This document shows positions 26,895 through 39,100 of a DNA stretch of 64,000 nt, piece by piece (position 1 is the stretch's first letter; each line of letters starts with the position of its first letter). The position numbers and the translations under genes were made by a program. Where the stretch lies: NCBI RefSeq assembly GCF_009914755.1, contig NC_060935.1. The stretch is one strand, 5' to 3'. Origin of the DNA: the human T2T-CHM13v2.0 reference genome, Homo sapiens. The notes beneath the pieces are model-generated. The model saw nothing but the letters and a program-made list of their open reading frames with translations, had not been told where the DNA came from and made no database searches.

Positions 26895-27589
26895 TGAAAG
26901 TATTAAAAGACAAACTTTAGACAAATTTAATTTAACAGAATTTTACAGAGCAAAGAACAATTCGAGAATCAGGCAACTCCACAGAACTAGAATAGATTGG
27001 GAGACACTCCAACACTGCCACTTAGTTGAAGATAATTTATGGACAGAGAAAGGAAAGTAGCTTAGAGAAAATGAAAGTGAGGTATAGAAACAGCAGCCTT
27101 GTTTCTATACAATAAGAGAGCAACTCAAATATCTAGGAGGATATTAAATGTTCCCAACAAAAAGAAATGATAAATGTTTGAGGTGGACGTATATGCTAGT
27201 TACCCTGATCTGATCACTATATATTATATGTATCAAAACATCACTATGTACCCCATAAATATGTACAATCATGTGTCAATTTTAAAATACAATTTTAGAA
27301 AGTATTTTGAAATAAAAAGTTTAAAAAAGAAGAAAAAAGAAAAGAAAAGAAACAGTTGCCTTGGCTACAGCGCAGCATTTACCTTGTTTGAACACTATTG
27401 GAACAGTTGGCCTCCTGTGAGTGGTTGAAGTATTGCTTCTGTGATTGGCTGAGACTCAGGTAGTTGCTACAAAAGTAGGCTAGTCTGTTTCCACATTCGG
27501 TTAAGTTATAGTTCACTATGTATTGAGAAACGTTTAGGTTAAACTTAAAGTATGTAAGGAGGTAGCTTTAGGCTAAGCTTAATTTAACA
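26895..27589 (-). mobile_element. MER57-like ERV1 LTR, interrupted by an L1 3'-end fragment (~27095-27350)
   Basis: Reverse complement begins tgttaaattaagcttagcctaaagctacctccttacata; the inner L1 3' end has an A tail and is flanked by agaaacag repeats. Confidence 0.7.
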
Positions 27590-27648
27590 AAAGAAAGAGA
27601 AAAGAAAACTATACACCAAGATTCTTTATAAATATAGACCACCGCCAA

Positions 27649-27815
27649 TTTTTTTTTTTTTTTTTTTTTTTTTGAGACAGGCTCTTCCTCTGTCACCCAG
27701 GCTGGAGTGCAGTGGCTCATCATAGCTCACTGTAACCTTGAAATCCTGGGCTCAAGGTACCCTTTTGCCTTAACCTCTGAAGTTGGACTACAGGTATGCA
27801 CCACCATGCCCAGCC
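27649..27815 (-). mobile_element. Alu monomer (FRAM/AluJ right arm)
   Basis: Poly-T followed by a single antisense Alu arm. Confidence 0.85.
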
Positions 27816-28261
27816 CCCTGAAAACTTTAACAAATGAAATATAGCAATATTTTATAATAATTATACACTATGACAAAGTGGGGTTTATTCCAGGGATGCA
27901 CATCTCATTAAGTATTTGAAAATCAATGCAATCCACCATATTAGCAGTCTGAAGAAACAAAATCTCATGATCATATCAATTGATACCAAAAAAGCATTTA
28001 ATAAAACTCAATATCTGTTCATGATTTAAAAAACTCTCAGAAAAATAAGGATAGAGGAAAACTTCCTCAACTTGATAAAGAACATCTAAAATGAACACCT
28101 ACAGCTATTATCACAGTTCTTAGTGAAAAACTAGATGTTATCTAAGATCAGAAACAAGGCAAGAATGTCTATTCTCACAACTGTATTAAACATAGTACTG
28201 GAAATTCCAGGTAATACAATTCTAAGTAAGGCAAGAAAAGGAAATGAAAAACATAAGGATC

Positions 28262-28616
<355 letters not shown>

Positions 28617-29646
28617 CTATTTGGAGATGACATGTAAACTCCTAAGGAATCTATAAAAGAACTCTTAGACCCAGATTTGGACTCCTTAGCAAGCTTACAA
28701 GATACTAAATAAACATACAAAAATCCATTGTATTTATATGTACCAGCAATAAGTACGTGGAACCAAAATTAAAAATAGAATGCCATTTATTAATATAATC
28801 ACTCTGAAACAAAATGAACTACTTAAGTGTACATTGAGCAAAAAATGAACTGGATAGGTATGCTGAAAACTAGAAAACACATAAAACAAAGAAGATCTAA
28901 ATAAATAGAGAAGCATATCCATATCGTGTTTATGGATTGGAAGACTTAACACAGTAAAAATATGTCAATTCTCCTCAAATTGATATACAGCTTCAATGCA
29001 ATTCCTATCAAAATCCCAGCAAGAATTTTTGCACATATAGACAAGATTATTCTAGTATTTATGTGGAAATCAAAGGATCCAGAATAGCCTAAACAATTTT
29101 GAAGAAGAATAAAGTGAGATGAATCAATCTACCCAATTTACAATAAGACATTACATAGCTTATTAATACAGCTTATTAATCAACATTGTGCAGTAGTGGT
29201 GAAGGGACAGACATATAGGTCAATGGAACAGACTAGAGAAACCAGAAATAGATCTACACAAATATGCCAGACTGATTTTTTTACAAAGACTCAAAAGCAA
29301 TTCAAAGGAGGAAGAAAAGCCTTTTCAACAAATAGCGCTAGGACAATACATCTATAGGCAAATAAACACATAAAAAGACACTCAAACCTCACTCCATACA
29401 CAAAAATTTAACTCAGAATGGATTGTAGATTTACATGGAAGTTGTAAAAGTATGAAAGTTTTAGAACAAAACAGAGGAAAAAAATATTCAAATCTTAGGA
29501 CTAGCCAAAGAGTTCTTAAAATTAACATGGGAAACAGAAGCCATTTAGAAAAAAAAAATTTGGTAAGTTGTATTTTATCAAATTAAAAAACTTTTGTTTT
29601 GTGAAAGACGCTATGAAGAGCATGGAAAACATAAGCTACAGATTGA

Positions 29647-29994
<348 letters not shown>

Positions 29995-30984
29995 TAGAAT
30001 ATAAAAAGAACTCTCTAATTTCAATAATAGAAAACAGAAACCAGCAAAAGACCTGAACAGATATCAAAGAGCATATATGGCAAATAAACGCATGGAAAGA
30101 TGTTCAACATTATTAGTCAATAAGGAAACAAGTTAAAAACAATGAAATAACTCTACACACTTACCAAAATGGCTAAAATAAAATATACTGACCAAAAAAT
30201 GATGGTGAAGATGTAGTGACCAGATCATGGGTATATTGCTGGTGAAAATTCAAAATGGTGCAGCCACTTTAGAAAACTGGCAGTTTGTTAAAAAAGCTAA
30301 ACATGCAACTACCCTATGACCTTGCCATTGTACTCCTAGGCATTTATCACAGAGAAATGGATACTTTACCTTCACACAAAAACCTGGATGAGAGTGTTCA
30401 TAGTAGCTTTATTCATAATAGCCCAAACTAGAAACAACTTATATGAACTTCCATGGATGAACAGTAAGGTGGTCCATGGATACTATGGAACACTACTTAG
30501 CAATAAAAAGAAACAAACTTCTCTTGATACACACAACTTGGATGAATCTTTAGAGAATTAAGCTGAGTGGAAAAAGCCTATCTTAAAAGATTGAATGCTC
30601 TATGATCCATTTGCATAATATTCTTGAAATGACAAAATCATAAATATGGAGAACATATTAGTTATTGCCAGGAGTTATGGACAGGATGGTAGTGGGGAGG
30701 AATTAGTGGGTGTGACCTTTTAGGGCAACATGAGAAATCCTTGTGGTGTGGAAAATGTATATTGTATACAAAATGTGTATTGTATAATGTGTGACACAAT
30801 GGTATTATATCAATAATGGAGCAGAATTGTAACCATTCTGTATCTTAACTGTGTCAATATCAGCAATGGTATTGCACTATAGTTTTCCTATAGTTTTATG
30901 GGATGTTGAGGATACACAGGCTCTGTCTGTTTCTTATAACTGCATGTGAATTTAAATTATTTTAAAATAAAAAATTAAAATGCA

Positions 30985-31345
30985 ATGCATCTTCTGCCTG
31001 GCTTTTTCTCTTGCCTCTCGTTTATTTGGAAACTAACTTCTGTGTTGTGAGAATGCCCATCAATCACATGGACAGGCCATGTGTAGGTACTTGGGCTGAT
31101 AGCCCTAGTTGAGTGCCCAGATAACAGCCAGTATCAAGCAGTAGACTTATGAATGAGCAAACCTACAGATGATTCCAGCCACCTGCTTTCCTGAGAGCTC
31201 CCTTGAGCTAATGCTGTGTGTAGCAAAGACCAGCTGTCCTTGGAAGCCCTCCCCAAAGTGCAGATGTGTTTGAAAAATAAACGCTTGCTGCTGTTTTTAG
31301 CCACCAGTTTTAGGGTGCTTTATTACATAATAATAGGTAATTGAA
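30985..31345 (+). mobile_element. MLT1H-like MaLR LTR
   Basis: cacatggacaggccatgtgtagg and tttttagccaccagttttagggtg blocks. Confidence 0.65.
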
Positions 31346-31514
31346 AAAAAAAAGGGCTTTGTCTATGAACATTCCACAGAAAAAGAAGAGAAGCGGCTTT
31401 TTCACTGAATCTTTGTGTTAGACAATGACGACCTTTTTTGAAGTATCATCAAATTGTACCTTTGAACAGTTCAAAACTGGCTTCATAGTCTCAATTAGTG
31501 AGGTTTTATTATAG

Positions 31515-31933
<419 letters not shown>

Positions 31934-32160
31934 ATGGAATTTCTGAGATTTTCAGGGTTTATGGTACAGATTATTTGAAATTAGGATTGTGTTAGAAGAT
32001 CTAAGAAATGTATATACATATATAATAATTATTTATACATAATTATAAATTATTATTTCTAATTGGGTCATGATAAACTATAAATTATCATGGATTATTA
32101 AAATACAAATATTTTACATCTATAATTTACTATTAATGTCAAGTCATACACACACAAACA

Positions 32161-33170
32161 CGAGGGGACTTCCAAAAGTTTGTGAAAAATAAAATTAAAA
32201 AACAAAATAAAAAATGTACACTTTATTTCTCAACATAAGCACCATCAAGTTCAAGATATTTTGTAGGTGATGATATGAATCATTTAGTCCATCACTAAAG
32301 AACTGAGTGTCCTGGGACCCTAACCATATCAATGCAGTTTTACTTTACTATAGAAAAACAGATGCTCTTTAAAAAATTTTTTAAGATTAGGAAACAAAAA
32401 GAAGTCAGAGGAGCCAAATCAGGACTGTACAGCAGATTAAAAGATTTTCCATCAAATTGCTCACAAAAGTGCGTTTGTTTGATGAGAGGAATGAGCATGA
32501 ACATTGCCATGGTGGAGAACGACTCTGGTGAAGCTTTCCCAGGTATTTTATCCTAAAGCTGTTGCTAATTTTTGCAAAATACTCTCATATTAGGCAGATG
32601 TTATTGTTCTCTGGCCCTCCAGAAAGTCAGTAAGTAAAATGCCTTGAGCATCTCCAAAAAATTGTTGCCATGGTCTCTGCTTTTGACCAGTGCACTTTTG
32701 CTTTGACTGGACCACTTCTACCTCTTGATAGCCATTGCTTTGGTTGTTCCTTGTCATCAGGATTATACTGGTAATGTTTCATCTCCTGTTACAATTCTTC
32801 AAAGAAATGTTTCATGATCCTGATCCCACCCATTTAAAATCTCTATTGAAAGGCCTGCTCTTGTCTGTGGCCAACCTGGGTGCAATGGTTTTGGCACCTA
32901 TCAAGGAATGGAAAGTTTAATTTCTTTGTCAGAATTGTGTAAGCTGAACCAGTTGACATATCTATGGTGTAGGCTATTGTTTTGACTGCTAATCCTTGAT
33001 CCTCTTCAGTAAGGGCATTGTCTTACCCTTCTTAGTGTCTCAAACTAGATCCTGTTCAGACATGTTATAACAAGTTAGTATGAGTTTATTTGGGTGCAAA
33101 AAAACAATTTGAACTACCAGCCTAGTTTTTTCATAATATGCATTTTCCATAAAATTTTAAAGACCCCTCT
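32161..33170 (-). mobile_element. Hsmar2 mariner transposon, internally deleted, both TIRs present
   Basis: TIRs cgaggggacttccaaaagtttgtgaaaaat and attttccataaaattttaaagacccctc; minus-strand transposase remnants VLHHGNVHAHSS and SDFFLFPNLKK. Confidence 0.88.
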
Positions 33171-34739
33171 CATTTGTGTGTATATGTGTGTATGTGTGTG
33201 TGTGTATTCACTTCCTCTTGCAAATGAATCAGACTACATACAAACCTTCTCACATGTCATAAGATATTTTTATTCTGCTGTAATACTCTGTTGTGTTTAA
33301 CATGGAAGATACAAGAAGACCAGATACAAAACTAGGCTGGACATAGGCAGGTAGGCGTCAGTTTCCTTCTGCCTTCCATTCGCCTTTCAAACAGCTCATC
33401 TAACATTTGCTGGTAGCCTGCTTATCTAGTTTAGATTTTTTTCACCTTGGAATTTCTGGCTTAGCTGGTCAGGTGCTATATTTTCGCTGGTACTTCCAAT
33501 ATCCCCTTGAATCATTACTCTTCACTTTTTGATTCATACTTACCAAGACTATAAGAAAGTTTCCTGAGTTTTGATACTTTCCATTTTTATGACTAGAAAT
33601 AAAAGTAGCCCAATAAATTTTTAAATTACTTTTTCTTCAGTTTGCCTTCTGTTTCTTTTCCAGAAAATTCTACCCCCATTTTCTCCCTTCCCTTCTTTCA
33701 CACTGAGACACTTCTACATTGCCTGTTATTGTGCCACCTCTGTGTTGTATAGGACATGCTATGGAACAGGCATTTTCTTTTGAGACAGCCCAACTAAATT
33801 TTGAATACTGGTTTCCCCTCTAACTAGCTATGTAATCTAGGGCAAATAGTTTAAATTCCTTAAGTCCTGTCATTTGTAAAATGGTAATAATAATGGCCTA
33901 TGATATAATTAGTCGAGGTATCCTTGTTTTCTTTTTGTTCTTCTAATTCTGAAACTCGACATTTTAATGAGTGGTATTGTTTAGGTTGGATTAGGAACAG
34001 TCCCCAAATAAGGGAGAGGCCGACTAGGCATTTTGGAGGCCAAGCTGTGCAAGAAGACCAGAAAGAACAAAGCTCAGAGGTTCCTTGAGCCTGGTGCCTT
34101 TAGGGGCCTGAAGAAGAACAGATCTCACACTTTTTCTTTTGCTTTGTATTTAGAACTCTGTTGGGAGAAAGATAAAGGTAGAAGGATGCAAAATTCTAAC
34201 AATGGGAGAAATGACAGCTGCAAGGAGAGGGAGGGGGAAGCAACTCTTCTAAAACATAAAAGGGTCATATGATATTTATGAAAAAATTGATTATTTCAAA
34301 AAGATTCACAATCCCATTCTCTAACACATAATCTATTTTTACTTTCCCGCATCCTATAACTTGGATCTTGATAAGACTCGATTCGTTGTTTTATGTGGTT
34401 TGCAATCTCAACAAAACAAAATTTGTGTTCTTTGACAAGGATAATGCATAATCCTGACTTCAGTCTTCCCTTTTAGTCAGAACCTACCTATTTAAGGTTA
34501 TTTTCCATATTAACTATTGATGATCAAAATAAGTCTAACTCGTGTTTTTCCTAGTGTTTCATAATTTTAGTTACAGAAACGATGCAGATAAAACTAATCT
34601 AACATGCGTCTTCCTGACTCTAGTACGTTGAATCTGGCCAGAAAAACCACATTTGCTCTCTACGTAGGTAATATAAATCCATCATTAGCGAAATTGCTGC
34701 ATCCCTTTGGACTGGGTCTCATTAGCAGAGGTTGGAGTG

Positions 34740-36170
34740 GCCACTGGCCGGCACACGACACTTTAGGCCAGCAGGGGGCGGGTAAGCTCCAGGGCACTCG
34801 CCCGAGCAGCAGGGGGCGTGTCTTCTGCTTCCTTGACGGACAGCTAAGGATGCGGGAGAGGATGAGGTAATAGGAGCCGGGGCAAGGAAGGAGTTGGGGT
34901 GCGCGCGCGTGTGTGTGCGACTGTGAGTGTGCCAGTGCGTGCGCAAGCCCCGAGACAATGCGTGTCTCCAGTTCGCGCTGCGGACACTGATCATGCTGCA
35001 TTAAGGAAAAAAAAAGAGAGAGAGAGAGAAAATTACATTTGGGGGAAGGAGGCTGCAAAGTTGCGGCTGGGCGACAGTGGTGGTCCCGGGGCCGTGTCAT
35101 GGCGGGTCGCTTCTCTGCATCAAGGAACCAGGGAAACACACGCGGGCGCGGGTTTGCCTTAGCGCCCTGCTTGGGAGGGGTGGTTCATTCTGGAAGGAAC
35201 TGAGCAGAGCCACAGGCAGGGGGAGCTCTCCCAGCGGCGGGGACTGCAATTCGTGCGGCGAAGGGGTGGGGAGGGAGGGAGAGAGGGGAGGGGACCAGAG
35301 CGTGCCATTCCGAGCGCGGCCGTGCGGCGAGATCCCACCCCGGCGTCTGCAGAGGCCGAGGCGCAACTGGTGCGAGGGCTGGGTCCTTGCCTCGCCGTCA
35401 GCCCCAGCTCGCGGCCGCCGGGGCTCGGGCCGCGCGCCCGCCGAGTGGCTTTTGCAAGGCGGGGGCCTGTTTGCAGAGAGCCGGGCATTTGCATGAAGCG
35501 ACTCGACCCCACAGAGCAGCGGCAGCAGCAGCGGACCCCGGCGGCGGCGGCGGCGCGCGGTCCCAGCCAGGCGGCCCCGGTGTCCCGGCCCCGGTGGATG
35601 CACGGCTGGGGAGGAGCCCATGGGCCGGAGCTGAGGCTGCCCGGGGCGGCGGGGCGCGGGGCAGGGGGCGCGGTCGAGGCCCGGAGGCGGCGGCGCAGGA
35701 GGAAGCGGAGGAGGTCGGGCGCTCGGGGCCCGGGAGGCGGGCCGCGCAGCGCCGCAGCCCCGGGCTCGCCATGCTCCTGGCCTCGGCCGTGGTGGTCTGG
35801 GAATGGCTGAACGAGCACGGCCGCTGGCGTCCCTACAGCCCAGCGGTGAGCCACCACATCGAGGCGGTGGTCCGCGCCGGCCCCCGCGCGGGGGGCAGCG
35901 TGGTGCTGGGCCAGGTGGACAGCCGTCTCGCGCCCTACATCATCGACCTGCAGTCCATGAACCAGTTCCGCCAAGACACGGGTGAGCCAGCCGCCCCTGA
36001 CCCCGCCCCGCCTGCTCCCACCTTCCCAACCTGCCAAGGTACCTCCCTCCCTGTGAACCCACCTTGGCCACCTAGTCGGCACTTCTGTGCAGCAGTGTCA
36101 CCAAGAGGTGGTGGTGGGAGGCGATTCACTCCGCTGAATCCTCGCAGGATCCTCCCTCCCCCTTAAACAT
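34740..36170 (+). promoter_or_regulatory. DTX4: DTX4 CpG-island promoter; candidate upstream alternative first exon with donor at 34866/34867
   Basis: Very high GC/CpG; two CTCF-like motifs at 34768-34780 and 34806-34818; donor GAG|GTAATA. Confidence 0.85.
35771..35981 (+). CDS. DTX4: DTX4 coding exon 1 (WWE1: MLLASAVVVWEWLNEHGRWRPY...)
   Basis: gccATG at 35771; WWE motif; donor CGG|GTGAGC, 211 nt, phase 1. Confidence 0.96.
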
Positions 36171-39100
36171 CCATGCAAATAGTATCAGTGTTGTGGTTTT
36201 GCAAACCCAGCTTCAACCTAGTCGGTAACAATCCACTCCCCACCCCTTTCATGCCCCCGCTTTTCAGCAGTTGGTGGCCCTAAGTCTTTCTATGTAGAAA
36301 TTCTAGGGCCGCCCCAGACTACAGGCAATCCCAGCCCTTCGCAAAGGCTTCCTGCCCTCATCCCGTGGCGGCCGGCACCTTGGCTGACCTGACCCTGTTT
36401 TGCTTCAGGCACGCTGGGGCTTGCCACACGTCCCCTCACCCCCGATCTCACTGCCTCTGCGTCTCCTGTGTGGGATGCCTCCCCGCAGCTGGGTCCTGGG
36501 TGTGGGAACTGGGGGAGGAAGAAGGGATTCCCCGGAGGTTCTCGCTACAGTCGGGTAAGGGAAGCGCCGGGCTCCCTGGGAGGAGAGACTAGGGCTGGGG
36601 TACCCTGGACGCCGCGGCATTGGCGAATGCCTCTGCTACACACTACATGCGCGGAAGCAACAGGCCGGAGCAGATGGAGAGAGGAGGGGGAGGCTCGGGG
36701 CTTCGGAATGCATGGCAGGGAAGCCGCTCCCTTTGTCTGCGGAGGAGGAGGACGCAGATTCCTAAGGAGAAACTGTCCCCAGGCTTCCTCTTGAAACCAT
36801 AGCCTGTAAGGAACCCATGGTCTCCTGGAGCGCCAAACTCCTATCTTTTCATGAGAATCAAGTTGTCACTGTAGCCAGCACAAACCCGCTTCCCAGCTGA
36901 CCTGCCTTTCCAGGTCAGAGCCAGGAAGGGAGCCTCCAGGATGGGGCCTTGGGGGGTGGGGAGTGGGGGTGCTGCCCAAGGGAGAGCAAAACTGCCTCTC
37001 TTTGCTCGGTCCTTGCTTAATCGATGACCCGGGAAGAGTTTCTGCCTCCGTCAGTGACAGGTGGGGAGGGGGCCATTGTTTCTGGAATTCTGGCTCGGCT
37101 TTCCCAAGAGTGCAACCGAGGAGCCTGGAGAGGCCGGTGTGCTGGGGAGGACGTAGAGAAGATGACTCGGAAAGGCCCTCCCCAGTGAACAGCTGTTTGA
37201 GCAGAGTCTCTCTGCTTCCTTGGAAAGCCCCCACATCCTGTGTGCTAATTAGGATTGTCATGGGAAAGGGGTATCTTTCCACCCTCATGTCCCCATCTTT
37301 AGTCATAACTCCCAGCAACCCCTTTGCCAAGGACTCTGCAGACACTGGCTGATTGAGGAGAGCTTTCTGGGGAGAGGATTCTGGAAGTGTTAGAATCTGG
37401 AGGGGCTTCAACCGTGTGTGGAGCTGAGGGAGACTGGGAGGAGCAGAGAATAGAGAGGAATGTGGGGAGATTGAGAAAGAGGATTAAGTGTGGCTGAGGG
37501 GGAGGGAGAGAATGTCATTGCGCAACTTGGGTAAAGGTTGTGGAGGTGAGGGTGGAGGCATCAGAAGGTGAGGGTGGAGGGGGTGTGTGTTGGGCGGAGC
37601 TGAGCCACGGAGGTGGGACCAGAGAGAGAGAGAGAGACCAGCAGTTAAAGCATCTGACAGGGGATTCCAGTCCTGGAAAAAAAAAAAAGCAGGTGTTACC
37701 TTTTCTATTTCAGAGTAAATCTCTACAGCATTTGGAAAACCACCCTTGTGACAGAAACGTCTCAGCCCCTTTCCCACATTTGGAAAGGGCAAAGGTGGAA
37801 TCTGTGTTTGGGGGTACTTAGGATAGGCAAGGTATCTACAAAGGTTCATGACCCTTTCTACAGAAGCGAAGTTGTAGAGAAAACTGGGTGGAAGGAAAGA
37901 AGCTACGTTTCCCAGGTCTGATCACTCTTACCTGAGGACTGCCTGGTGGTGAGCAATTTAGTCAGAGGCTGGCGCTCCCTGGACTTTAAACCTCAGGCAG
38001 AGAACTTGCCCTGAATCATTTTAAAGGCTGCCTCAGGGTGTGTTTATCATCAGACTGCTGTGGTTTCATCCGCTCATTGCTAGAGTCAGTCAGCCATCCT
38101 GAATACCTCTCTGCTGTGCGCCAGGCCCTGTGCTGGGTGCTGCGGACACTGGGCTGAATTCCCAGAAAAGCTGGGTCTGTCAGGGCGCTTGTCAAAGAAG
38201 AATAGAAGAATCTCTGGGTTTCTTAGCTCTGAGCCCCCTCCTCTCCCTTCTCCACCAACACACTCATAGTTCCTCTCAATCTCATTGATGAGGCCATGAC
38301 AGGGTAGGAACTTTAAACCAGTGGCTCCCAGGCAACCTCAGCTAAGCCCTTGCAATGTTTAATTAAATTACCCACCATCCTTAAGCCATAATTCAAAGCT
38401 GGGAACCAGAAACATCCCCATAAACAAAAGAGATCTGGAAGTCCCCTGCCCAGAGGCGATTCCTCTCCTTTTTTGTTGCCTCCTCTGTATGGGGACATTT
38501 CCTGACATGAGAGCTTTGTCTTTTTAGAAGTTGCTTGCTCTGCTGCTGATAGAGTCCTCAGGCTCTCCACTCGCCTGGGCTCCTGACCTCATCCAGCCTG
38601 TCTCCAGGGAGATGGCTGGGAGGTCCCAGACACCCGTCTGCCCGCCTCTGTTTGCCCTGGGCCCTTCTCCTTCCCCAGACTGCCTAGAGGTCTGATCTTA
38701 TTTGCATTCTATGCCAGTCTTCTCTAGGCATTTTGGGCTAGAGAATCTGGAATAAGGGTAGAGATGGGGTGAGATAGATGGGACTGGCTCTTGGCCACTT
38801 CCAAAAGCCTCGGTGGGCCCCTCTCCACCTGCCATCATTTACCTTGACTGGGTTGTCCTTTTTCTGTTGTAGGGCAGTGACTGAAGAGCTTTACTTCAGC
38901 ATCACTTTCCCCTGTACCTTTCAGCATGCCTGACCCTACCAACTCCAGGTTTTCAGTAGCAGGATGCGGAAGATCCAGGCTGAGAGTGGAGACAAACAAC
39001 TGTGGCTCTCATTCCAGGCTCACTGTTTACTCCGTGACCTTGACCAAGTCTCTAAATGGTCAGGCCTCATTTTTTTTTTTTTTTTTTAGAATGAAGAGCA

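Noticed and set aside
35515-35556. CAG/CGG triplet runs in the DTX4 leader as an expansion locus
   Set aside because: Only about five uninterrupted GGC units; ordinary for CpG islands.
35159-36082. 307-aa minus-strand ORF over DTX4 exon 1
   Set aside because: Antisense shadow of GC-rich coding and CpG-island DNA; low-complexity product.
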